12,190 bases of DNA from Paraspadella gotoi (GCA_051294375.1 JBJCIZ010001281.1:1-12190); one strand, 5' to 3'. Counted from the first letter of the stretch, positions 1-9,859 are shown. Program-made: numbers and translations. Notes: generated from the sequence alone by a model not told the origin.

Positions 1-153
1 GAAGGGAACCCTGATGTCGTTGGCGCAGCTGGCGGCGAAGTCCGCGAAATCAGCGCTCGTAGAATCGGGTGGCGTAGTTTAGCGTCACGTGATTGAGATT
101 TTGACAACTTTTCACCAGAGACGCCGAAGGGAATCACATTTGAATCCGTTTGA
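1..153 (+). mobile_element. Degenerate Ty1/copia RT N-terminal fragment, truncated by window edge
   Basis: Frame +1 reads AGGEVREISARRIG...*DFDNFSPETPKGITFESV and frame +2 reads LVESGGVV*RHVI. These match copia DGEVxRYKARLVAKGYVQRxGIDFDETFSPVAKxTT in order. DFDNFSP is at 97-117. Confidence 0.5.
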
Positions 154-213
154 CGAAAAAAAATGAAAAAAATTTGATCGAGACAAAAAAAGGAAAATAT
201 TTGTTTGTGAAAA

Positions 214-443
214 NNNNNNNNNNNNNNNNNNNNNNNNNNNNNNNNNNNNNNNNNNNNNNNNNNNNNNNNNNNNNNNNNNNNNNNNNNNNNNNNNNNNNNN
301 NNNNNNNNNNNNNNNNNNNNNNNNNNNNNNNNNNNNNNNNNNNNNNNNNNNNNNNNNNNNNNNNNNNNNNNNNNNNNNNNNNNNNNNNNNNNNNNNNNNN
401 NNNNNNNNNNNNNNNNNNNNNNNNNNNNNNNNNNNNNNNNNNN
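214..443. other. Assembly gap (230 N)
   Basis: Uninterrupted run of N. Confidence 1.
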
Positions 444-764
444 AGTGAGTCTCCTGACTTCATTCGCCAATCGTTAACGTCTTTGCCAGTTTTACTGTAC
501 AGAAATCGATTTAACGAACTCGAAGCGAATTAATCAAACTTTCCTGTCGACTAATCGCATCGAAAAAAAAAGAAAATCAATTCGGAGATGAAGTCGTAAA
601 AAAATAAAAAAAATTAGAAAAAAAAACTAATTCTCGTAAAAACAGAAAAGTTGATGAACAGAGAGATGATGAATCTCAATGATAAACGCATCATTGGAGG
701 AAAAAAACCGTCATAATAAATTACTGAGAGGAACCGAGGGCCGAGCGAAAAATGGCGAAAAAGG

Positions 765-774
765 GAGAGAGAGA

Positions 775-828
<54 letters not shown>
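765..828 (+). repeat. (GA)n microsatellite, near perfect
   Basis: About 32 GA units with one GT interruption at 779-780. Confidence 0.98.
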
Positions 829-831
<3 letters not shown>

Positions 832-1237
832 AGAACGAGCTCCCTCGTGATCCAATTGTCCATATCACCTCTTCGCCCAATTCCTTCTCTTTTTCCCGAC
901 CAGTTCCTCAATTTTCTTTTAGTCAACAGTAAACTGAATATAAAATATATTTAGTCTTTTTCTCTGTTATTAACACCTTGTCATTCATTCCATTCTGAAA
1001 TAAAAAAATCTCCAAAAAAAATGCGTTTCAAGTTGCCAAGTACCAAGCATAAAGAGCTCTGATTAGAATATGTTACAGTACAAGACAAAAATCACGTTTA
1101 GTTTCAAATAGACGAGGAATATATCGCGTTATACTCCATGGTGACGAATGTGAGATTCTCTCGTGATCGTTCTCGCTGCAGTGCAAACTGCTCCACTCGT
1201 GCAATTAAAGAGAGCAGAAGAACGAATGACCCACGGA
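828..1237 (+). mobile_element. Degenerate Ty1/copia RT N-terminal half
   Basis: With frameshifts: MKNEL (828), QVAKYQA* (1029), FQIDEEYIA..MVTNVRF (1102-1158) and LVIVLAAVQTAPLVQL...THG (1160-1237). Compare copia AMKEEL / VxKYKARL / GIDYEETFA..MTTVR / LALAAxxGWPLHQLDVKNAFLHG. Confidence 0.55.
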
Positions 1238-1420
1238 ATAAGATGAGTTTGACTTTTTAGGTATCAGAAACCGTACAAACCGGGAAAAAGGAAACCTTTC
1301 TTTTGAAACCGGAAAGAGACGAAATGGAGTGAACAGAAAAAAATGGGGACGGCGGGAAAAGAAATGATGCGGACAGAAAATGAGAAAGAAAGAGAAAGAA
1401 GCAAAAAGAAAGAAGCACTA

Positions 1421-1520
1421 AGATAGATAGATAGATAGTAGATAGTACTAGATAGATCAGAAGAGCTAGATAGATAGTGATAGTAGTGTTGATGAATAGA
1501 TAGATAGTAGATGTAGATAC
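1421..1520 (+). repeat. Degenerate (GATA)n tetranucleotide repeat
   Basis: agatagatagatagatagtagatagtactagatagat...; flanked by GAAA-rich purine tracts (about 1380-1415 and 1523-1670). Confidence 0.9.
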
Positions 1521-1771
1521 ATAAAAGAAAGAAGAAAAAAGGAAGAAAGGAAAGAAGAAAAGAAAGAAAATGAGATGACATATTTAAATTGGAAAAAAAT
1601 AAAATAATATTAAAAAAGAGAAAGAGAAAGAGAAAGACAAGAAAAAAGAAACGAAGAAAAATAAGAAGAGAATTTCATCATAGCTTTATAAAATAAAATT
1701 AAGTAGGTCCCGCAATGTAAGAGTCCCCCATATAGACCCAAAAAAAAGAAGCAAAGAGAGAGCAGAGACCA

Positions 1772-2067
1772 CCGAGACACAGAGTGGTACGAAAAGATGA
1801 GAATGAATCAGGAAATCTTGAGTTGAGTTGCCACCTCCTCCTTGTTCTCCCGGAGGAAAAGCAGAGCAGACCTCAGGGGCAGAGCTTCATCCGGAGGAGG
1901 GACTGATTGGAGGCAGAGGTTTGAAATCGGCGAGGGATATTTGGAGTGGCTCGGAGTTGTTTGAGTTGGAGATTGTGATAGTAGGAGTGCTCTGGGTGTC
2001 AGGGATGACAGCAGCCAGGCCTGATTTTGGTCGTAATGGCCAGCTGCGGAGAACTGAACAAATTTAG
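1772..2067 (+). mobile_element. Degenerate Ty1/copia RT fragment (C-terminal/connection region)
   Basis: PR../EWYEKM (1772-1799) resembles PRAWYEKL. ORF 1828-2067 contains GAELHPEEG and IVGVLWVSGMTAARPDF (RPD at 2017-2025), resembling LVGSLxYLTATRPDI. Confidence 0.45.
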
Positions 2068-2220
2068 GAGGAGAGATTACAAGAGGGAATTAGGGAAGAA
2101 CGCGGTAGAATGTTTGGGAGGAGTAAAATAGTAGGAGAAGGGGTAGGAGTAGCATGAAAAAGAGTTTCGACACAACGAGAGGGTCAGTTCTGCACCGCAA
2201 GGTTTTTTCGTCGGGAGGCA

Positions 2221-2530
2221 TTCTCTTCTTCCCTCTCCGTGTTCTCCTACTTTCCTCCTCCTCTCTACTCTCGTCTATCTTCTCTCTGTGCTCTTTAGTT
2301 CTTGTTACGTTTTGTAACTTAATCACTTTTCTTTTCTTTTTCTATTCCTTTTTAGTTGATTTATTTCCCTGTACCTTTTTCTTACTTAAATTTCATTATT
2401 TTATTTTTCAAATATTGTAACTGTCGCTGTATAATTTGTATCCCTTGATGCTCTTTTTCATGCGACTTTTTTTCCCCCTTTTTTTTTTTAGCTTTTTTCT
2501 ATCATTCCTTTTTTTTTTTGGAAGTTTTCT
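2221..2530 (+). repeat. Pyrimidine-rich (CT/T) low-complexity tract
   Basis: CT-rich stretch followed by multiple poly-T runs. Confidence 0.8.
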
Positions 2531-2592
2531 TCGATCAATTTAAATATTCAAACTCGTATTAACTTTTCTTCTTCTTTTTCCGGAATTATTAC

Positions 2593-2800
2593 AATTTTTT
2601 GAGTAGCCAATGTGTAATACAGCAAAAGCACCAAAAGCGTGATTCGGTTTAGTAACGATGACGAGAGAGAGAGAGCGAGAGAGAGAGAAGGAGAGCAGAG
2701 GAGAGAGAGAGAGAAGCGAGAGAGAGGAGAGAGAGAGAGAAGAGAGAGAGAGAGAGCGCGGCTCACGCAAATTATTGATCTAATAGATCTGAGGTTCTTC
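2593..2800 (+). mobile_element. Degenerate Ty1/copia RT fragment split by a GA tract
   Basis: NFLSSQCVIQQKHQKRDSV (2593-2649), then a GA tract, then ARLTQIIDLID (2756-2788). Compare NVIGSKWVFKxKHKxDGSV...KARLVAKGFTQxxGID. Confidence 0.4.
2663..2756 (+). repeat. Imperfect (GA)n microsatellite
   Basis: GA dinucleotide array with interruptions. Confidence 0.95.
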
Positions 2801-3072
2801 TGTTGCCTGGGATAATTTCCTCTGGGTTTTTGAGAATGAAAAGACTTTTCCCGCCTCTCTTTCTTTTCATTCTTTCTCTTCTCTTTTTCTCCCTTCTTTA
2901 TTTTCTTTTATATTTTTTGTCTGTTTTCCTCCTTTTCTCTCTCCAAAAACTCGCTCTTCTTTCTCGAAAGAATAACGCTAATTCATGTTGTCGTTGTCGG
3001 CATTCAGCTGATGGAGAGAAAAACTGAAAGAAAAGAAGAGAATTATGTTTTAATGAAGTTGTGATGGAGATA

Positions 3073-3252
3073 GAATGATGTTGTGGAAGACAGAAAATGT
3101 AAAGAAAGGAAAGAAAGCTGAACCTAATTCTTCAAGATATGATATATTGAATGGATGTGAATTCTAATTGGATCCGTTGAGGCGCCTTGGAATTCTATTA
3201 AATATTTAATACCTATCATATTGTAGTCTGAAAGTTCTTTGGGAGCATATAA
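3073..3252 (+). mobile_element. Degenerate Ty1/copia RT fragment
   Basis: NDVVE..KEGKKA resembles NDVWELV..EGKKA. MDVNS at 3151-3165 followed by GALEFY resembles QMDVNSAFLNGDLEEEVY. Confidence 0.4.
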
Positions 3253-3332
3253 ATTTACATCAACGAATATTTTTTCTTCTCGTAATTGCGATCACTCTAT
3301 ATGGATTCATATATTTAAAACTATATCACGCA

Positions 3333-3408
3333 ACACGCAACGAGGCGTGCCTTTTTGTAGTTACGACAAATCTGTCGGCTTTGAGTTCTTGAATTAAATA
3401 GGTTTACA
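3333..3408 (-). mobile_element. Degenerate Ty1/copia RT fragment (minus strand)
   Basis: Across two frameshifts: CKPI*FK / LKAD (3385-3374) / YKKARLVAC (3359-3333). Compare CKWVFKxKLKADGSVERYKARLVA. Confidence 0.55.
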
Positions 3409-3637
3409 GAGGAGGATACGACCGTGGTTATGTGATAAAAGAAGCGCTTATTTGCAAGAACTAAGCAGAAATCGATCTTCTTCAGTCCTGAGTGCAGAGC
3501 ATAGAAACAGGTAATGAACGGCGACGGATGCACGACGACGACAACCTCGGTTTTGTTGTTCCAAACAACCACAACACCACAACAACGACAAAGAAGCCGA
3601 GCGCCGAGGGAAGATTCGACGCGATTTGACGATTCTC

Positions 3638-3940
3638 GATGGAACCGGAATCGAAGCGCGCAATAAGGAGAGACGCGCGTCGAACGGCGCCAGAAAGGTG
3701 GCGGGTCAGGGACAATTAGGCGCGCGGTAGAAAGAGTCGTTTTTTTCAGCTCGTGTTCCCCAAATTTCGTCTGCTACTTGTGACGAAATACGAGGAACAG
3801 AAATAGGGAATTTTAGGACCGCTTTTTTCTTTATTATTTAATATAAATTTTCATCATAACTTCATTGCTGGGAAGTGTATGTTTTCTGGCAAAAACAATT
3901 ACTCAATCTACTTTTGGAAATGATAAACAAAAACCTCTAT
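3638..3940 (+). mobile_element. Degenerate Ty1/copia RT N-terminal half
   Basis: Five motifs in copia order: DGTGIEARNKERRASNGARKVAG (3638-3706), FRLLL (3765), RTAFF (3815), EVYV (3872) and INKNLY (3923). Compare DGxIxRNKARLVAQGYxQVAG / IRLLL / KTAFL / EVYV / LNKSLY. Confidence 0.55.
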
Positions 3941-4190
3941 GTCTAACATTATGATTTCTGAGTAACAGTCAAGAAACAATACACGAATTATTTAATATCA
4001 AAGTCTCAAACGACAATTTGTTTTTGGTCTCTTCTGGTTTTCCTGTTTTGTCCATGCGTTTTGTTTTCGTCTTCGTCGCATGATATTCTTGTTCGAATCT
4101 GGAATTTTGTTTCTGTTGACAAAATGAACAATTTTGAAAATCGAATCGACAACCAAAGGAATAGAGAATGGAAACGAAGGTGTCTGAAGT

Positions 4191-4254
4191 GAGGGGGAGA
4201 GAGAGCAGAGAGGAGAGATGAGAGACGAGAGAGGAGAGAGATGAACGAGGAGAG

Positions 4255-4290
<36 letters not shown>
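4191..4290 (+). repeat. Imperfect (GA)n microsatellite
   Basis: GA-rich array ending in a perfect (AG)n run at about 4261-4288. Confidence 0.95.
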
Positions 4291-4294
<4 letters not shown>

Positions 4295-4302
4295 GGAGAG
4301 CG

Positions 4303-4627
4303 ATGGGATACAATTTGGAACGTGAGCAACGTGGACAACGGGTGTTCGTGACGACGTGGAAGCTGCACTGTCGAGAAACTGTTCAAGGCGCAACCAGCGA
4401 TTGTTACGAAAAAAGGGGCTGGCAATTCAACTTCGAATTTTATGGAGTGTGAACGACACGACAGTTTCAGAGTAAGAAATGATTCAATTCTTCAACTCAA
4501 TATAGAACGGAATAACAATGAGTTGCTCATGCAAGGTCTATTAAAAATTGAATTATAGGGTCAATGAAGACAAAAAGAATTAGGAAAAGTATATTTCACG
4601 TTTGACGTTAAGAGGTTTGCGTTCATT
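4303..4627 (+). mobile_element. Degenerate Ty1/copia RT fragment
   Basis: GQRVFVTTW (4333-4359), TVEKLFKAQPAIVTKKG (from 4367), ILQLNI..MQGLLKIEL, and H/FDVKRFAFI (4597-4627). Compare GKRVIGTKW / TVERFKARLVAKG / HQLDVKxAFL. Confidence 0.45.
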
Positions 4628-4781
4628 TGTTGTTAGTTCACGCGTCCCGTTCAAATTTATATATTTTATCTTCGTGAATTAAGTATAATTCAAAGATTTT
4701 TAAAATTAAATTCTGTTTTTTTGTTATTTTTTAGACATCTACTGTATTTGTCACGCGATACTTTTCGCTCTTTTGTCATCT

Positions 4782-5600
4782 TCTATAGTTGTTTCGTTAC
4801 GTAGTCCAACAGGCTCCATATTAAAAAAAAACACATTATAGAAAAATAATATATCCAATGACCTCGACTACGACAAGACGATTGCTTCATTCTTGTCATC
4901 TCCTTTGCCGAGCATCGCACGATCTCATGGAGACATCATTTGCCAATGGACGTCTCATCCTTCTTCATCGCCAGATGCTCTCCATCACTTCGTCCCGTTT
5001 CTATGTCGTCTTTCCCCCTATCTTTCGCTTTATCTGATAGAACCATTTTCTGTCGTTCGTTCAGCTCGTCGCGTCTCGTTCGTCGTTCTACTCGTTATTC
5101 ACGACCTCCCACGCCAAGAACATTTTCGCGGAGAACGAGAGATGTAAAAATGGACTGCTTTTGCAATTTCCAATGACAAAGGGGATAACGCGAGGGAAAA
5201 GCCTCGAATGGGGCATGAAAAATCGGCGAGCACTCTATCCTGATCTCTCCTCTCTTCTTCCTGCGTGTCTCTCTACTCTCTTCTCTCTCTCCTTTCCTTC
5301 TCCCTCTCTCTCTCTCTACTCTCTCTCTTTTCTCTTTCTCTTAACCCGCGTACTTGACCGGGAACCACCTTCTTCGTATTCCAACTTCTGGTCTAATATC
5401 GATATGGTTGGTTTTAGAGGTAAACTATCTCGTCACTAGATGCCAGATATGGCCGTTAATGTCCCATGCAAACCCAGGACTGAATCTCAAACCCGCGTTG
5501 CGAATCTACACCTGAGCCCTCGATTCTCTTAATTCCCCCCGCTCCCGCCTTATTTCCCTTCCATTGCGATCCCACTGTCCGTGGGTACTTCGACCATCCC
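4782..5600 (+). mobile_element. Degenerate Ty1/copia RT domain interrupted by a CT tract
   Basis: One frame reads RSPTGSI...DLDYDKTIAS...SIARSHGDIICQ (4800-4946). A -1 shift gives MDVSSFFI..PVSMSSFPLSF..PRTF, then LQFPMTKGITRGKS (5161-5202). Weaker GKLS, MPDMAVNVP and DPT follow the CT tract. Compare RNPDGSI / GLDYDETFA / AASHGWxLHQMDVKSAFL / VYMSQPPGF / PRAW / KGFTRGK. Confidence 0.6.
5245..5340 (+). repeat. Imperfect (CT)n microsatellite
   Basis: CT-rich array. Confidence 0.93.
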
Positions 5601-5657
5601 TCCAAAAGAGTGAATTCTCGATCGTTCCAAAGTGAATTAAGAGAGCATAAAAACATA

Positions 5658-5780
5658 GGAAAGCTTTTTTTCGTCAGGCTTAAGTCGACGACGAACTTTC
5701 TTTAAAAAAAAAGGTTTAAACAATTTTTTGAGGACAAAACAATTTAACATACGTTATTCTCTGAGCTTACAAGTTTCTAT
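5658..5780 (+). mobile_element. Degenerate Ty1/copia RT catalytic-core fragment
   Basis: GKLFFVRL / *VDDEL (TAA-GTC-GAC-GAC at 5681-5692, one change from YVDD), then LNNFLRTKQFNIRYSLSLQV. Compare GKxLIVSLYVDDL...RYFLGLQV. Confidence 0.55.
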
Positions 5781-5950
5781 ATTATTGTTATGCACATGTT
5801 TTTTAAACTCATAATCGTATATCCACAATTCCATTATTATCATTGCCTCGTCATCTTAATTGTTCATTCTTTATGAGCCTCATCATCATCATAATCATCA
5901 TACGTAAGTTCTGTCCTCTTTCTCCTTCCTCTCTCATCTCATCATTATAG

Positions 5951-6253
5951 GTCAAGGCGCGACGCCCCAACGTCGCCCCCCTTACTCTACCGCCGGAGAA
6001 TTTTCCACGGGTTACATCCGAAAGGGAATCATCCGAAAGTCAATCGACGTCCGACGCGACCGACGACGACGAAGAGAAAGAAGACGTTGGAAGACGACGA
6101 TATAACAACGACGGTCCACGAAGGACAGACTGTCTAAATAGTGATGACATTATTGGGCGCATGTACAATGGACGACAAGACCATGAGAAACGACGACGAC
6201 GACAGCGGACGACATCAATAATGACACATATCATCAACAAAACGCGCAAATAA
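5951..6253 (+). mobile_element. Degenerate Ty1/copia RT-like open frame with GAC/CGA low-complexity repeats
   Basis: 100-codon stop-free frame: VKARR..TLPPENFP...NDGPRRTDCLNSDDII (CLNSDDII at 6131-6154, resembling CLYVDDII). An alternate frame gives GYIRKGI..ID, resembling GYTQKEGID. Confidence 0.4.
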
Positions 6254-6499
6254 AAAAGACTAAGGAACAACGACTTTGATGAGAATCCGGAGGACGATGA
6301 CACGACGAACGACGCACGACAGACGAAACGAAGACAAAACATGTACTATGTTATGATATAATTAACATATTAATATAATTATGAAATACACGGACTGGGA
6401 CATTGGATCAACAAAAAAATCTAAACGACAGAGAAACTAGGAAAAACTAAAATCATAAACTTAATAAAAAAATCAGAATCTAAAATTCTGCAAATCAAC

Positions 6500-6962
6500 A
6501 TGCGCCGTTTTTTTTCTGGGGGGGCAGAGTGGTGGAAGGCACATAGACAACCGCGAAGTGCCAGAATGACACGCGACGACGACACGCTATCAACGACACG
6601 AAACGACCCGAGGACTAAAGGGCAGGAAGTCCCTATCAGAGTTCCAGCTCGTTCCGCCTGCCGTCAATCTCGACTCCGCGGGGCAAATATGATTTATGGC
6701 CTGATCGACACTTCGTGTGCGACGTAGAGAGAGAGAGAGAGAGAGAGAGCTAGGAACGAGAGAGAGAGAAGATGGTGATCAAGAGATGAGAGACGCAGTA
6801 GGATAGAGTCGATGACACGATGCGAAGGGAGAGAGACACATATATCCTTCATGGATTTCTCTAGATAGGCGTATTTCGCCTTCTTTCTTGATTATGTGGA
6901 ATAGATGGGTCAGGGTCTGGGGACAGTTCTCTGGCTCGTTGGTTTGAGGTTGTACCTGTAGT
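6500..6962 (+). mobile_element. Degenerate Ty1/copia RT N-terminal half split by a GA tract
   Basis: ORF 6500-6727 reads EWWKAH..PRTKGQEV..RQSRLRGANMIYGLIDTSCAT. After the GA tract come EGRETH (6824) and ILHGFL*IGVF (6844-6876). Compare EWRKAM / PRPKGKNV / KARLVARGFNQIYGIDYTET / EGWELH / FLHGDLEEEVY. Confidence 0.6.
6726..6770 (+). repeat. (AG)n microsatellite
   Basis: Perfect (AG)12 at 6726-6749 plus a second short run. Confidence 0.95.
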
Positions 6963-7392
6963 AAAAGGAAAATATCAAAATGATAAAAATAGTGAGTGAG
7001 TTATAGGTTGGGACTGTCTATTAGAGGCACACCGGCCGAAATGTCATGAATTATAAAAGATATGATTATTTATTTAAAATGGAAAATTGTCGGGGAAGAA
7101 GAATGAAGAAAAAAAACAAGATTATTTAGTCTAGATTTCTTACGTATTAGCCTATGAAAGAAAAACATAGACCAAAATTGCATCTAACATTAGCGACTGA
7201 GAAAACTGTCATTCATGACTAGGTGAATTTATTATAACGATCATCGACGTTTATTAGAATTTAAATGAGGGGAGGATATCAGCATATGGAATTAGGGAGA
7301 CTGACAACAAAAATGGAGAATTAAAAAATTGTTATAAAAAGAAAAAACCGTTGAAAAAATTGACAAAATGAGTCGAAAATGAAGAAATAAAG

Positions 7393-7586
7393 AATGAGAA
7401 TGAAATGGAAATGGAAATGAAAGTAAAAATGGAAATGGAAATGAAATGAAAATGAAAATGGAATGGAAATGGACGTGAAAATGTGGAAGATGAGAGTAAA
7501 ATGGAAATGGGAATGTGAAAGAAATGGAAGTGCAAAATGGAATGAAGAATGGAAGCTGAAAATGGAAATGGACAGAATGGAAATGA
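7393..7586 (+). repeat. Degenerate (AATGGA/AATGA/GGAAT)n simple satellite
   Basis: Repeated aatggaaatggaaatgaa units. Confidence 0.9.
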
Positions 7587-7672
7587 AGAAGGCGCGGCGA
7601 ATAAAAAAACAAGAGGTAATTTGTAACAGATAAAACGGACGGAGCAACAGGAGGAATTCGCCGGGGGGTTAC

Positions 7673-7784
7673 AGAGAGAGAGAGAGAGAAGACGAGATGA
7701 GAGCACGAGAGAAGAGAGAGAGCAGGAGAGAAGGAGAAGAGAGAGAGAAGAGAGAGAGAGAGAGTGTGTGGTGTGTGTAGTGTG
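7673..7784 (+). repeat. Compound (GA)n-(GT)n microsatellite
   Basis: Imperfect GA array to about 7764, followed by gtgtgtggtgtgtgtagtgtg. Confidence 0.93.
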
Positions 7785-8062
7785 GTAAACTTCGAAAAAG
7801 CGTAAGAAGACGAAATAGAGAGAAAGAGCATAAGAGGAGAAAAAGATAAACCAGCAGATTCGATACGTCGCGCGGATTTCTACTTACTGCAATTCTTTCA
7901 CTTTTTTCTTTAAATTCCCTTTTTGATGCGGCTGCGCCGGTGGGCGCGGCGGCGGCGCGCCGGCTCGCGGCGGCCGCTGCCGTCGGCGGCGTCCGTGGTT
8001 TGAGATACGAGGGATTCGGTGTTTTGATTCGAGCGGTATATAATTTAGAGTAAACCTTCCCG
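7781..8062 (+). mobile_element. Degenerate Ty1/copia RT pieces (weak)
   Basis: CGKLRKSV (7781) resembles CKLRKSL and QIRYVA (7855) resembles QIYVDD. A single frame reads ARRLAA...VRGLRYEGFGV...NLE*TFP (7955-8062), resembling ARLVA..RGF.QEFGVDYEETF. Confidence 0.3.
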
Positions 8063-8067
8063 ACTTT

Positions 8068-8207
8068 GAGAGAGGGAGAAAAAGAGAAAGAGAGATAAGA
8101 GAGAAAGAAGAGAGAAAGAGAAGAGAAACGAGAGAGAGGAGAGAGAGAGAGAGACGAGAGGAGAGAGAGAGAGAGAGATGAGAGAGAGAGAGAAGAGAGA
8201 GAGAGAG
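8068..8207 (+). repeat. Imperfect (GA)n microsatellite
   Basis: 140-nt purine GA array. Confidence 0.95.
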
Positions 8208-8212
8208 CAGGT

Positions 8213-8288
8213 GAATTGATTGCGAGTCTAGCGGAAAGCGCAGTTTCTCTCGGGAAACTCAATTGTCTGCTGGGGAATAGAGAGGGTT
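8213..8288 (+). mobile_element. Degenerate Ty1/copia RT fragment (DLG..FLGIEV region)
   Basis: ELIASLAESAVSLGKLNCLLG / IERV (one +1 shift). Compare QLISSLxxEFALKDLGKLNYFLGIEV. Confidence 0.5.
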
Positions 8289-8371
8289 GAGGAGAAGGCA
8301 GCGCATGAGTTGAGAGAGTAATCGGATGGAAGGGGCCGTAGTGCTGGGTCTGAGGTAAGGGATGCGTCAGC

Positions 8372-9854
8372 TAAAAACAGGGCAACAGGCGCGGCAGTGT
8401 GGCTTCTAGAGTGAAGTATAAGAAGGATCTCGTATTTGCTTAAAATGAGGGCGCAAGAATATTGTCGTCCCGAGCGATTTTCACACTAAAAAGGAAGGTC
8501 GATACCAAACGAGCTAATGTGTGCGATTGATGCGGGAGCGGACAAAAATTTTGTGAGCGAGAGTCTCTCCGACGTATATTGGGATATTGTTTTAACCTAT
8601 TAAGATGGAGGGAATGCATTTGGATCACTATTGTCTCTTCATTTCATGCAACCAAAGATTGTAAGCCTAACGGTAGAAGTATCAATTGTATTAGTATGTT
8701 AATCGTAACAAGTCATTCGAGAGTTTTGTATTAAATCTTAACCGGTGCCTCAGAACGCCGTAGCACGCTGAGGAGTTGCATGGATAACAGTTATTTTACA
8801 GTTCGCAAGATAGCTTGTAACTGTGAGATATCTCATTGCGAGATCCTAAAGACCGGAGCTGCTTGCCTGGAGTCGCGGAGAGCACTGTCCAACTGGGCCA
8901 TTTCTGTGGTGGAAAACTGTTTTGTCACAATCTCGATGAGGTATAACATGACTGAGAAGAGACAAGTGATAAAACGAGTAGATCTGCTCGCGCTTAAATG
9001 GGATGCCGCGTATCAGGTTGAAGATAAGAAGGGAGGGGCCGCTGGAGAAAGGAAGGAGGGAAACAAGCGCGCTGACAGAAGCCAGGATATTTTGTTTTTA
9101 TTAGTAAGATATTTATGTCCTCTCATTCTTCTTTTTAATACAAAGTCGGAGAGTTATTCGGCAGATACTAAGGATTTAAGAAGACATTTTAGTATCGATA
9201 TAAGTCTAGAATAGACTTCATTTGAGATACGCACGTAGAACAAACACGAAGGCGGATGCTATAGTCTTATTTTAATCTCTTATTATCAGAGCCAGACTTA
9301 TTAGATAATGTATAGAGGTCAGCAGGGTTTAAAAGACTTATATGCAGTCATTTGTGCGATTTAAAATTGTATATACTTAGAGTAGCACATGTCAAAAACT
9401 AAAGGAACGTGGTGTCACCCACAGCCACAGATATGTCGTGCTAAAATGACATTTCCCAGTCCTTTACAGGATGCTGAGAGTGTTCAGGTTTATTCGCTTC
9501 CTGCTGTTCAATATGCGAATGTTAGCAATAGGATCTATTTTTACCTTATGTAAAACAAGCATGTTTCTGACGCATTTTATTGCATGGTCGACTTACTAAA
9601 AAACGCGAGCGTTTGTTTTAGCTTATCAAGAAACATTGTCCGTCCGGGGCTTAATCAATAATGCGATCGGGGTGATGATTTAGTAAAACGCGGTTATTCC
9701 GTGAGCGGTCAGAGGGAATCTCCTAAACGCGAGGATCATTCCTGCAATGAATTCTTTCGAAATAGAGGGGATCAATCCCGGGACAGACGAAAAGGCAATC
9801 GAGGCACCCGTGAATGGTCTACTAAAGAGAGGGATTCTACGTGACTACGTCTGA
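8372..9854 (+). mobile_element. pol: Decayed Ty1/copia pol: near-complete RT + RNase H pseudogene
   Basis: Frame +2 from 8375 to 9214 has only three internal stops (8441, 8528, 8732). It carries in order *KQ, VASRVKYKKDLV, EGARILSSRAIFTLKRKVD, CGSGQKF, ESLRRIL..RWR, SSFHA, RVLY*, ISMRYNMTE, RADRSQDILFL and LFNTKS. Further on, with frameshifts: R/PDL (9288-9300), IAWST (9579), KNASVCFS, EDH (9731), INP/GQTK/AIE (9771-9803) and LLKRGILRDYV* (9819-9854). Order and the 1.5-kb span fit copia RT-RH (WKQAM...TRPD...ISWSSKKQ...EDN...NP..RTKHIE). Confidence 0.7.
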
Positions 9855-9859
9855 AAGTA

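Noticed and set aside
134-533. ORFs spanning the N gap
   Set aside because: Open only because N codons cannot be stops.
444-560. SESPDFIRQSLTSL..FLS as another RT piece
   Set aside because: Resemblance to the post-YVDD helix is too weak without an anchor motif; the upstream context is lost in the gap.
1808-2060. Minus-strand open frame after a pyrimidine tract and AG (possible terminal exon)
   Set aside because: No upstream exon or donor and no recognisable protein. The plus strand carries RT-like motifs instead.
614-8262. Leu/Ser/Phe-rich ORFs (e.g. 614-880, 2540-2770, 3969-4425, 7292-7831, 7669-8262)
   Set aside because: Translations of CT/GA and ATTTCC repeats, open in several frames at once, with no domain signal.
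8748-8843. Cluster of small hairpins (CCTCAG/CTGAGG; ACAGTT/AACTGT; GAGATATCTC)
   Set aside because: Short stems, no recognisable ncRNA or ribozyme core, and inside the RT fossil.
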